A DNA stretch of 64,000 nt, taken from positions 378,504 through 442,503 of the forward strand of contig RDEW01000042.1 of the NCBI GenBank assembly GCA_011109175.1, given 5' to 3'. Made by a program: the position numbers and the translations under genes. Under the pieces are notes generated by a model. That model was not told where the DNA came from, searched no databases, and saw nothing but the letters and a program-made list of their open reading frames with translations. Below are positions 36,839 to 48,990 of this stretch, one piece after another; within the stretch, counting starts at the first letter, position 1, and the number at the start of each line of letters is the position of its first letter. Source of the stretch: Dicyema japonicum (Eukaryota > Animalia > Dicyemida).

Positions 36839-38237
36839 ATGGCTTTGCAATTTGTAATGAGTGATAGAAATAAGAGAAAACTTTTTGAAGATGGATACAT
36901 TTACTGTTTTGAAAAATTTAATGGCGAAGTCTCATTATGGAAATGTGAATCCTACTACAAAATTAAATGTAAAGCGAGAGTACACACCCAAGGGAGACAT
37001 CATTATCAAAAGAGTCAACGAACACAATCATGCTGGTGATGCTGCATATGTCGAATCAAAGAGAATTACTCAAGAAATAAAAAGAAGAGCTCTTGCATCA
37101 CAAGATAATCCACATATTATTACGACTGAAGTGTGTGTGGGTTTGCCACTAGAGGTGTCTGCCCGACTACCCATAGCTTCTTTAATTAAAAGAAACATTA
37201 GAAATTCAAGAAATACAAAAGATCAAGCTCCTCCTAATCCACTTAACATAGACCAGTTAAGAATACCTCCAGAATACAGATACTCTTATGCCAATGAACC
37301 TTTTTTATTGTTTGATAGTGAAGACAGTGTTAACAGAACAATAATTTTTACAACGAGAAAAAATCTAAATTTGCTTTCCACTACAAACTTTTGGTATGCG
37401 GATGGTACTTTTAAGACAGTCCCATATTTGTTTAATCAATTATATACGATTCATGGACTAGTAAATAATGATGTTTTACCACTTATATACATTTTAATGT
37501 GTAAAAGAACGGAAGAAAGCTATAAAAAAGTTTTTTCGGAATTAAAATCATTGGAGCCATCGTTATCACCGAGGACAATTATGACTGATTTCGAAAAAGC
37601 AGCTATAAATGGATTTAATATTATATTTCCTGATGCTATTACGAAGGGCTGTTTTTTTCATTTGTCCCAATCCATATTTAGATGCATCCAATCACATGGA
37701 TTGCAATTATTATATCAAAGAGATTCAGAATTCGCTCTGAAAATGCGCATGATTGCGGCGCTGGCATTTGTCCCAACAATACACGTTGTTCATTATTTTG
37801 AACATTTGTGTGATTACAACAGTTTCCCAGAAGAAGCTCAACCTGTACTGGATTATGTAGAAGATATTTGGATAGGACGTCCCGACCGCCGTCAAGTACG
37901 TCGTTGTCCACGTTTTGCCCATGAATTGTGGAATTGTTTTGAAGCAGCGAGAGTTGCTGGGCCTAAAACGAATAACTCTTGCGAAGGATGGCATCATTCT
38001 TTTAATTCTTTAATTGGAGCGTGTCATCCTACGATTTGGAAGTTTATTGATGTTTTGAAGAAAGAACAAGCAAGAAATGAAATTAAAATTGAACAGTATA
38101 TTGCTGGTGGGGAAGGTCCTATACAAAAGAAAAAATACAGAGATAATGTTTTAAGAATTCAACGCATTGTAAATGACTTCGATAATCGCGAAATTCTTGA
38201 CTATTTAAAAGGCATTGCCTATAATTTAGCATTTTAG
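36839..38237 (+). CDS. MULE transposase with N-terminal FLYWCH zinc finger (about 465 aa after fixing one frameshift at about 36993)
   Basis: LWKC...KCKARVH...NEHNH; ADGTFK; MTDFEKAA; GCFFHLSQ; TNNSCEGWH (DDE triad plus CxxH). Confidence 0.92.
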
Positions 38238-38583
38238 AAATTAACACAATGTTTTTGTTAATAATTGTCATAAACTTGTTTTCTAAAAATTATATTATCA
38301 TAAATATTCACTTAAAGTTTGACCTTTGTTATTAATCAATAATCAGTAAGATAATCAATAATTTTTCTATCACTTTAACCAATACACACACGTGTGGTGC
38401 ACATCGTTGAGTAAATTTAACACTATTTGGAGAATTGAGGTTTTCAAATTTCTTCTATCTTGGGGATCTGGCCACGTGACTCATATCGTCAAATTAATCT
38501 CCAAAATTACATTTTAATGATAATATAAAAAATCAAAATTTCGACCTCTTTTTTTAAGAACCCACGTGGTCGCTTGAATTAAC

Positions 38584-38767
38584 CGGCGATGAATTTACCA
38601 GCGATGAATTTACCTCGCGATGAAATTACCAGCGATGAATTTACCGGCGATGAATTTACCTCGCGATGAATTTACCTCGCGATGAATTTACCGGCGATGA
38701 ATTTACCAGCGATGAATTTACCAGCGATGAAATTACCGGCGATGAATTTACCGGCGATGAATTTACC
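38584..38767. repeat. Right TIR array: 12 x 15/16-bp GGCGATGAATTTACC
   Basis: Reverse complement of the left array; direct count. Confidence 0.95.
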
Positions 38768-40289
38768 TAGAACCGCAAACGATCCCTTTTCTTATCGTCC
38801 AATTGCAATACTATGTGCAATGTCCCGAATTTTAGAAAAATTAATCTTAACACGAATCAAAAATATTGTACCAAATCGAGTATTCCAGCATGGATTCCGC
38901 GAAAATCATTCTACTACGACTCAATTAACAAAATTAACTCAATATATTTCTGATGGATTCTCTTATCCAAAACCACATAAAAGGACCATAATGGCTTCAA
39001 TAGACTTGAAGAAAGCATTCGACTCCGTTTCCCGGAAAATTTCTAACAGTCTTATAAATCCAAACATTAAAAGAAAGCTGTCGAACTTTTAAAGTGGAAA
39101 AAGAGGACAAATGATGTCAGACAACAGAAAATCTAAATCCCGTTTATTACCGAATGGTGTCTTTCAAGGTTCACCTCTCTCTTCCCTGCTTTTCAACCTG
39201 TACACCAATGACCTTTCCACCAATGACGATCCCTATACATTAATACTCTCATACGCAGATGACATTGTTCTTTCGACGAGAGACTCTAACTATGAGAAGG
39301 CAGGGATAAAACTTCAAAGTTATATTAGTATGTTGGAACATTGGCTCACATCAAATCGACTCGAAGTTTCTACAGGAAAGTCGTTTATAACAATTTTCTC
39401 TACATATAGAAGATCATTATACTCTCCCAAAATCAAATTGTTTGGATATGAAATTCCTATGAATAAGTCTCCAACAATACTAGGATTAAAGTTGGATACT
39501 CTCCTGACATTCGGCCAACATGTCAATGACGTTATTGCCAAAGTCAGGAGGAGGACCAACATATTGAAAATTTTGTCCCGATCACCAATCGGGAACAACA
39601 CCTTCTTACTACAGAAAATTTACAGACAATAGATACTGCCAGTAATCGAATATGCATGTCCCTCCTGGAGCTCGATGATTTCTGAATCGTCGTCTCAAAA
39701 ACTCAGGCATGGACCTGAGGTATCAAAAGTGCTGGAAAAGCTTGTATTAATTAATTCGCATCTCTCCTCTACTACATCTACCATAAGTTTCAGAACAGAC
39801 CGTTCTACAACGACTCATTTGGGTTCCATCTCTCAGTTTACTACTTACGACGACGGAGACAAACTGCAGAAGCCTCTGTGCCTCACGTATTTCATGACTT
39901 TTGATTGTAACCAGACGTCCATACTTCTTGGAAAGTGAAACAATTTCTCGCAATTCATCCAGTTATTTCAACCACGACAATTCGGAACGTGAACCTGTCT
40001 AGAAGCTTTTTTTCTCTTCTTTCTGGCCATCTCAGTTTTTTCCACGGACTTCAACGTACCTGTAGGAATTAAATAATATTTATTTCTATTGAACTATAAA
40101 TACAAAAATACTTATTTGGAATAATATTAATGGCATATTGTATTGTCTTGGTGGACAGTTCATTTTTAAACCAGTCGGCGTCGAAACATCAGGATTTATT
40201 GGACCATTGATCTTGCTGAAGCTTATGGATAACTTATCGAAAGGAGGAAATTGATTATATTAGTTGGCTACCAATCAATAGTCAATCTA

Positions 40290-40450
40290 TATCTCTAACC
40301 CTAACTTTAATCCCTAACCCAAACCTTGACCATAACCCTATCCCTTCACTTGTCAATCTCTAATCCGTTCCCTAGATATACCTAAGTGTAGTCTCAACCA
40401 TAATCAATACCTACTTTCATTCTTAATCAACAACTAAATCTAATCTCCAT
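40290..40450. repeat. Degenerate (TAACCC)n-like tract
   Basis: taaccc taactt taatcc ctaacc caaacc ttgacc ataacc ctatcc..., 6-nt periodicity decaying rightwards. Confidence 0.5.
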
Positions 40451-40479
40451 ATAAAGTCAAAAAAAGATAAACATTCTTT

Positions 40480-41460
40480 CTAGAATAGACATTAAAATCA
40501 ATCTTTTTATTCTGCTTTGGTGGACAATCATTGTTTGCAAGTTACCACCATCTACATGCAGCATATATCCACTACTTGATAAATTGTAGTGTCCAAGTGC
40601 CATATAAAACATCTTTTTGTTGATTGATTGAAATCACAATCCATCCGTATAATAACTCTATCTCCTACATTCAATGATTCCTCATCATTTTCATGCTTCT
40701 TTTCTTACGCAGTTTTTTTCTGAGCAAACAAAGTATATCTTCGGTCAGAGTCCCTTGACAACGACAAATCTTCTTAATACTGCAGTAAATCATTCAATCA
40801 TTCATCCGAAATTAGTGGCGGATAATCAGCTCCCATAAATATGTTGAACGAATCATGATTTGTTATCATATGATTTGTAGTATTGTAATGAATGCATATC
40901 ACAAAGTCTACACTTATATTTTCCAAGAGTTCCTTCATAGCTGAAACGATAACCCCACTTATTAGAGATTGATTTAACCTATGCGTTGTTATATAAATGA
41001 TACCTCTCAACCTGACCATGAACCCACGTGCTCGAGGTCTTTCGAAAATATGTATCTCTGAGAAAAAAGTTTTTGATCTCCAGACCATTGTCTGTTTGAA
41101 GTATAATAGGTGATCCATGGATATAAACAAATTGATGGAAAATCTGAGATATTTCTTCAGCTGTTTAGTTTAGCTTTTTGTTAGTGAGATATTTCTTCAT
41201 CTACCATAAGAAGTTTGAAAAAGAATCGACCATTACAATTCTAAATATAAAATGAAGAACAATTACCCAAGAATATCCGTTGTTCAATCAGGAATATCTT
41301 CTAAGATCCATCAGATCATCTATCACGCAGATATTCAGCAATGGTTGCCGTAATTGGAGGCCTCGTCTCAGATAGCCTTTAGGTCTGACATAAGACACAT
41401 TTCTTCACATCATTTGGAAATTCGTCACGGGTTAAATTGTAGATCTTTTTTTAGATAACT
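40480..41460 (-). mobile_element. rve integrase pseudogene (Ginger/GIN-like or LTR-derived)
   Basis: Minus strand reads DLRRYS..NNGYSWV, IHGSPIILQTDNGLEIKN, HGQVER, NKW, SFNIFMG; multiple frameshifts. Confidence 0.75.
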
Positions 41461-43219
41461 GAATGAACGATCAAATGAGCAAAATTATGTTCACTCTACT
41501 GATTAATAGACAAAAATACTATAGTTGTTTCAGTTCTATCAATAACAATGGGGCAAGTGTCCAAATACGCTGTTTACACTATCTGGAAAGCAACGCATAA
41601 AGAAATCCATTTTTAGATATTCGATATCTAGCGCAACTTATTTATGTTCAACCTGAACCTTAAAACCATTTGCAGAAATAAAATATTTTTTTAATTTTAA
41701 ATATTAATAAAGTTTTTTGTTAATTAAAAAATATAAATTATCATAAAAATGGCACTCTATTCATTTGAGTGGACTTTATGATTTTAAAATAACGATTTTA
41801 ACTAAAAATTACACCATTCAACTCAAAAAATCTGAATTATCCAGGGTACTAATTTTTATTTTGATTGGTTCTAGTGAAGTTCCGAATACTGACGGTGACA
41901 ACCATTAAATACTATAAAAATGAAAATTCTGCTTGTTCTGTATATACTGGATATACAGTGTTTACTTTGATTCGATTCCAATAGAGATTATAAGTGCAAT
42001 CTCGTCCATGCTGGAGGATGCTCGAGAGCAGCGCTGGTTCCGCTAACTACTTGGAATGGTGATTATCAGAAGGTATGCACATTGTTTTTCACCAGCTGGT
42101 TCCTTACCTTCTTCTTCGATGTCTTGTTTCCGGGGTACCTGGCATAGCTAACAGTTTTTAAAGAACTCGAAAATCCCATTTAATACGCAGCATACTAATC
42201 TGAGAAAGTTATTGCAAAAGCCGTTCTTTTAATAAATATAATTAAGTTTCTCATTTTCTCGTGGAAATGAGCAAAAGACATTTCGAAAAAATGATGTCAT
42301 AGTCGATCATCTTGGAACTCTAAGAACACAAGGAAGGTGTTATGGACAATTAACAGTGATCCTCAACCAAACCACTGCCTGAACTACATCATTTATTTCT
42401 GAAGTATTCTTAAAAACTTTACTACATATCTTCAGAATCCTTGATGAGATGTGGCTTTTAGAAAGTTCTTAGATATACTACAATAAAAGTAAGGAAGTCT
42501 CTATGGAAGTATTCACTTTTGCCGTGATTTTCATAAACAAATTATTATGCAGACTTTAGGCTTTATTTTGAAAAAGTTTTTCATATTGATCGAATCCGAA
42601 TTCTAATAATTTTTGACTACTTCTCAATTATTTTGAAGATGTACAGTGTGGAACACCATACAATGCCGCCATGGAAGAATTTTTCGGCCATACTTAATCT
42701 TCTACATTTAGAGGACGTCTAAGAAGTTGTCTTCCCAAGACATTTTCGAAGGATTACGCAGTGATTGGGGGCCGACTGATGGATGCGGACGACCTGGACG
42801 AGATCAGGAGATGAGCACGACAATGAAAGGGATGGAGAAGACTAACGGAAAGGATAGTCTAAAAACATGGCACAAGCGAAACCATGAACAGTGTTTACTG
42901 GTAGCGCGGATTGGTTTTAACTAACTTTGTAGACTGTTATAATCTAGTAAATATATATTTCAACGATCTCAGCTCTTTAATAAGTTTGAGCCCGAAACCT
43001 TCAAACTCATGGTGAATTAAGCTCATGTAATTCAATTATTCTGTATTTGTCATATATGATTCGACTAATAAAGAAATCATATAGATAGTTTTCAAAGGTT
43101 TCTCGGACATGTAGCCATGAACGACATAATCTATTATTATTTATTTAGACATAATCTATAGTGGTTTAGAGGCCTATTTTTTTAACTATTTTTTGGATAA
43201 TGAAATTAATTAAAAAAAT

Positions 43220-44110
43220 TAAATTATTCAACTTATTCATGTCGGATCTCAATCCGACTCATCTCAGTCCGCACAACAAATACTTGACAAACTGGAACTA
43301 TGGCTCTCGAAGCGGAGAGTCGACGCATCATCAACAAAATCCTCTGTCACGCTGTTTACCACTTACAAAAGACAGCTCTGTGTCGAATTAAAAATCTTTA
43401 CGAAGAACGAGGCTATTCCTATTAACAAAACACCGAAGATTCTGGGAGTCACCTTCGATCAGGGACTCATTTATCCGACATGATGATAACATAGTAACTT
43501 CTGCTGTGGCCTTGCCACGATTTATGTACAATTTATCCGACCCACGATGACGTATGCAAGTCCTTCGTGGGCAATGCAGATTTCACGATCCTCCTCATTG
43601 AAACTATCCGCAACCGAGGAGACCGCAATAAGGATAATTGTACAGAACACAATATCCAGCCCATTGAAAATCTTTTAATCGAATTACAACGGAAACTCTT
43701 AAAGGAGCCTAGTTTACCGAGCTGCCCTCAATTCCATACACTATCGAAATACCTACAATCATACAGAAATTTTGAACCGATGCCATGTCGTATGAGAAGA
43801 GCTGTTCAGGATTCTCAACCATACCAGACTCGTCCTTTCCCTTGTCTGTCTGGGATCACTTAGTTAAGAATTTTTTTTCTTTCTCTGTGACCCAGTGATC
43901 CTGAAAGTAATAATAATAAATAAATTCATGTCGGATCTCAACAAACCGGAGGTCGGAAATAAATTAGTTCTGACTCATGTCGTCGACATAGTAATTACGT
44001 CACGTGATCGGGACACCTGATTGTTAATTCGAGATTGCAACAAAATCTGGACTGTATTATCGAATGGTTATTGAAAAATCGCCTGGCTACAGTTGAGATG
44101 GAGTTATTAT
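43220..44110 (+). mobile_element. Older LINE RT fragment serving as target of the 43253-43923 insertion
   Basis: Removing the insert gives LFNLFMSDLNKPEVGNKLVLTHVVDIVITS (degenerate RT domains 4-5). Confidence 0.65.
43253..43923 (+). mobile_element. 5'-truncated LINE (family A) with (TAA)n tail and 18-bp TSD
   Basis: TSD ATTCATGTCGGATCTCAA at 43235-43252 and 43924-43941; TPKILGVTFDQGL, FIRPTMTYASPSW. Confidence 0.9.
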
Positions 44111-44289
44111 CTCCTTCCGTTTCTTTACAAAATGGATTTACTTCCATCAAGAGCATCGGGCCAAGTTGAGATCTCTGCTAATGCTGGGATCACGTAATTA
44201 GTTAGTTTTGTGTAACCATGGTCTTTAATATTATTATTAAATATGGAAAACCGTGATTCCTTCCAAATAGAGTGTCACACGGATCACCG

Positions 44290-44390
44290 TTGTCAATAGT
44301 GCTATTCAACATGTTCCTCAGTAACCTCCCATCCCCAATCACCAAATATACAATTTCATTATCATATGCTGATGATCTCGTGATTAAATA
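44290..44390 (+). mobile_element. LINE RT fragment (family B)
   Basis: LFNMFLSNLPSP...LSYADDLVI. Confidence 0.65.
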
Positions 44391-44619
44391 ATATGAATTT
44401 TAATTTAGTTTACTGGTAAATATATATTTTGATTTTTCGTTGATAAATCATCTAGGACTCTGTCTTCGTTAATATATACCACTTTTCTTGATTCATGTCC
44501 TAATTTAATGACATTTTAATACTGGAACCCATAACACTCTCACTAGGACTCCATTACTGCTTTTGTTCTGATTTGATTATGACCCATTGATGAGTTATTG
44601 GCATATGTCCAGTCCTAGG

Positions 44620-45590
44620 CGCTGTGCCACCCCGATCCTTAGGCTGTTTTCGTAAAGGAGGGTCCCAGATATGGGCACAGAAGAGCCTAGAACCAGATTC
44701 CATTTCCGCGATACGAGGCCGATTTAATGCTTGCTAGTCGGTGTGATTGGCAAGCAACTCTTCTGGCAAGCATTGTTCGACTGAAATTCAAAGCCCAACT
44801 CTCCCCACAACTTGCTAACTCTATCAAGCTCCGAGTCCAAGGTATGTCCGATTGCGTTACATAAGACCTCTTGGACCAAGCGACTGCAGCTCGCAAGGGA
44901 TGAAAAGTAGGAAGGCAATGGGGGATCTTAACGCAATGACCCCATTTCTCGCAGGTATTTGCACATTGTCCAACTCAGATCATCGAATTTGACATTCAGT
45001 ATTGACTCCGCCGATCGTCTCAGAGTCCCATCAGCCGACGATAGTGCTTTCCGGTGTTCAAAACATGGTGAACATCTCAAAATTTACATCAACTTCGACA
45101 TGGAACTACATTTCTTGAGCAATAAGAACAACAATGTGGATCCAAAGATGATACTTTCTTTGTAAAGGCTTCAACTTCATTATCCTTACTGGTAAGGCAG
45201 TTTTCCAGCTCATCGTTTCCGAGAGGGTAGCCGAGGATGTGTGCCTTGTCCAAGGAGGATGTGCTAAAACATGGAAGTAAGGATCTGATTTCTTGGCAGG
45301 CAGTAGAAATGCTTGGAGATGAGCAAGAAATATTGATCACTTTCGATTTCATAACATTGACACTTAAACCCAATTGGTTTAGAGCTGGAATGGTTGAAGA
45401 AATATCCTGATATACATACTTCACATTCAGTGGGAGTAAAAGCTGGGAAGTTTTCTAGCATTGTCAAGTTCCGCTGGTTCGGTGGTGGAGCAGGGTGCTT
45501 CCTTCTCAGTAACTCCAAGACTTCTCCGCACGACTTCAACAGTGATTCGTCACAAGACACTACTAATACAGCTGCGTGAACGTCCCCTTC
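44620..45590 (-). mobile_element. CRE-like retrotransposon fragment with RT core deleted
   Basis: LELLRRKHPAPP; LGLSVNVMKSKVI...ILGYPLG; aligns to the ORF at 28814-29215. Confidence 0.75.
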
Positions 45591-45689
45591 TATGTTGATA
45601 TTAAGTTTTCTTCATGATTAGCCCCAATGGCTGATACTCATTGCACATACTCTTGGTCTTATGGCGACAAGGAAAGTCTGCCTTTCGTT

Positions 45690-46310
45690 GAAAAAGGTTG
45701 AAAAAGCACATACTTTTCGCTTTACTTCTCAAGTTAGCAAACGGCAATTTTCACAATCACAATTAAAGTAAAATTACAATCAACAATCTTAATGAAGTGA
45801 CACATAGCCAAAGAATATATTCATCTATAATCCCTCCAAATTGTTTGCTAAAATAACTAATAAAATTCTCATGATGCTGACAAAAATGCCTACACTCATG
45901 ATTACTTCGGTTCCTTGAATAATCTTGGAAAACATAATTCTCTCTAGCAGATCGGTTCCGAGCGAATGTTGACCATTGGAAGGCTCGTAAGAACTCGCCA
46001 CTTCCATCTTCCAATTACTTGCAGTTGTCCCTATTTTGTATACATGCGATCAAAAAATAACATTTTCTGAATCCATTCAAAGGATACATCCTTATTTTTA
46101 TAAAACAATTTTATTGAAAACCTCAGTAAGATCTCTATAAAATCTACAACACACACGGCGTTGAAAGAAATCTTTAGACGATCTATGGAAGATGCCAAAC
46201 ACCCTTCTTTGGTCAAACCAGTCCTTTAATGGGGGAAACATCCTATGGGATGACCATCTTCCCCTTGAAGAGGGGAAACCTCTTGCTGGGACCGCCATCT
46301 TTCCCTTAAT
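45690..46310 (-). pseudogene. Possible myosin-I tail (TH1) remnant
   Basis: KGKMAV, KDW..EGCLAS and SENVIF*SHVYK loosely resemble MYO1D/G TH1 motifs; only frameshifted matches. Confidence 0.25.
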
Positions 46311-46429
46311 ACCATATCAAAGTCCACTTAATTTATTTTAAAACCACAAGACCACCAAGAATAAAGAATTAACGCATTAAAAATTTTACTACATCACAAA
46401 AAATGATTTCCATTAATTTAGATTAATTT

Positions 46430-46720
46430 TCCGTCATCAAAAACAATTGGGTCTGACTTTCGATACTAACGTGCTGAACAAATGTGAAAAGAAATGCCTA
46501 ACAGGTCTGTGGAAAATTGGACATCACCCTATACATAAAACGCTCTACTAACAGTACATTAAACCATGCATTTCATATGCGTGTACTTCATAGGGACCAC
46601 TGGCTTTTTATACGAAGGCTCAGAAAATCTCCGCAACTCAGAAAAAAGCCATCAAACTAACTGAAAGATTATATACAGGAGAAATATCAAATCACCGACG
46701 CTTTAAGTTTGTTCTTTAAA
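46430..46720 (+). mobile_element. LINE post-RT fragment
   Basis: KQLGLTFD; YIKPCISYACTS; QKKAIKL. Confidence 0.55.
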
Positions 46721-48879
46721 TTAGTTCGTTTACCAAAAAATCTTCATCTTCTTCGATCTCTACTGCCCGATGGTCCTTCAAATCAAAGTTTTTAAAATTC
46801 TTGGTAGGAGTGTCCTTTTATACTGGATTTCAAGGATTTGAGTGAACGAAACAACAATAATTAATTATTCAAAAGAAATTCTCAAAGATCATCTCTCTGA
46901 GGACTTCCCCGATGAAATACATTCTGAACTACACATTAGTTACGATTTGGCAGATCCAAGTTCGTGTAAGACGGAACTTCAATGCTGGAGCTCGTGACGT
47001 AGATGTTGTGCGCATTTCATTTTCAAGTTGAATTTGGTGTGAATCAAGCTGTCGCTGTGTACCTGTAAGTTTGTGGAGAAGGATCCAGTTCTGTATGGTG
47101 TTGTTATGAGTATTCGATAAGGGTTACCCGAATTGGTGTTCTAGAAAGGGGGTATGGTTGGTTTTTATTAATTTTGTGCTTCGTTTTACTGTGTTCTTTA
47201 TAGGAGGCAAGATAAACGTCTTTCTCTTCAGGGAGTGTTTTGATCAATTTCGGAGTCTATCGAAAAAAGTTGCATAAACCCTTCTGTTGTCAAAATATTT
47301 TATTAGATATCTCTATTTTGGTTTATTTTGCACTATTCGCAGTAAAATGAAGATGTTCCATATGAGTCTATAGTCCTATCATCGTTCTCAACTGTTTGAA
47401 CATATTCCTTTTCATTATGAGAGTATTCGTGTGTGAGTAAAGCTAATAGTTTAAGTCCTTATGTGATTAATTAGGATAATGCTTACGTCGTTCTGCATAA
47501 ATCTGAGAAAAACCGTCCGTTCTGTAACACTTATCTAAGTCGATTCTTTCTGTAATCGTTTTTTGAAGTGAAATAATTCTTTTAGAGACAAGAGTATAGC
47601 TGTGTGATTCAGTTGTCCAACCAGGATATTAATTAAATCTTAATAAATTTGAATTAATTAACACAATTTATATCCCAGAAAAATGAACATTAAGTTAGTT
47701 AAATGTTAAATTTAACTCCGCAAGTTCCAAGTACATTATATTTGTTTTTAATAGCACTGCAGACTGAAATAACATTATTAATTACGTGATTCAAATGTCT
47801 TCCTGGAGCTTCTTCTAAATATATTACTTTCGACAAATACAATTAACATCTTTGCCAACTAAATGTATACTACTTACTTCATATCTATACTAAATATAAT
47901 ATCTTACGCCACAGGATTATCGAATGAATCATGCAAACGATAGCACTATATTATTATTATTAAAAATACTTTTAAATAGACAAGGTTGGAATAATTTTAA
48001 AAAATTGAATGACATTTATTCCTCGAGGAAAGATCTACATTAATTACAAAAAAACTACATTTCGAATAGCATTGATAAATTTTCCGCAAATTCGATCGAT
48101 ATAAATCTGAGGGAATCACAGTAATGAAAATTTCTATAAGTTTAAAAAAATATGTAACATGTACTTAATGGTAGGTGGTAATGTTTTGTTGTCTACAGTT
48201 TTTAAACTTTGATCATTATAACACATCGACTATGAATAATTAATAATAACTACAGATCTAACTTCATTCCCAATAATGAAAGTTTACATAAGGTTCAAAT
48301 ATAATATTTTAACAAATAATGAAACTACATAAAATTCGGGTAGGCCAGTTATCGAAATGTGCAATTAATCCAATATCTTAATAATTTATATTTAATACAG
48401 AGTTGTTCTACTTACTGTTAATTCGTTTGCAAATATTCTGTGATGTCAAAATATCGAATGACAAGTTTAACACGAGAAAAGTGAACATCTATGAGATTAA
48501 ATACCAAAATAATGAATATACGATAACCACAAAAATAAAAATTACTACATGAAATACAGTCGTCATAATTAATTATAATTTTATTAAATAAAGTGTTGGA
48601 TTAAATAAATAAAATCAAAAAATAATTTAATTAAATTCATACAATTAACGTTGTTTTCAGATTTGTTTAATAATTTTACCATAAAATTTAATAAATTTGT
48701 CAAAAATGTCTAATAACTTTGCCTTAATGTTTAGTAACTTTATCAAAATGTTTAAAAATTGTGTCAAAAAGTTTATACTTTTGAATAATGTTTAATTACA
48801 GGTCAATTTGCGCAAAATAAAATTTTAAGTAAATCTGAAGAGAGGCTACGCACATTGACACTTAAGAAGTTGACTCAGA

Positions 48880-48990
48880 ATAACCAATCCTTTTGTTATC
48901 TATCTGGAAGCTGGTCTTCGTAATTTGAGAGCTAAAGATTGTCCTACTTCTATCTAGGAATTATGATATGCGGATGACCTGGATTTTGGT
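48880..48990 (+). mobile_element. RTE-like RT fragment
   Basis: IYLEAGLRNL...YADDLDF. Confidence 0.55.

Larger units (their letters stand above)
35986..38774 (+). mobile_element. MULE (Mutator-like) DNA transposon, 2789 bp, long foldback-type TIRs, 9-bp TSD
   Basis: TSD GCAAACGAT at 35977-35985 and 38775-38783; ends GGT..GGTAAATTCATC / GATGAATTTACC..ACC; inner TIR homology extends about 90 bp beyond the repeat arrays. Confidence 0.95.
35420..40030 (+). mobile_element. APE-RT LINE (internally deleted), split by the MULE insertion
   Basis: APE: QDTKL, GYSIIRKDR, GGGLMTLI, NVYIPP. RT: WKKSIILPIRMPNKPAND / PFSYRPIAIL, QHGFR, IDLKKAFDSV, GVFQGSPLS, SYADD, ILGLKLD. Confidence 0.9.
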
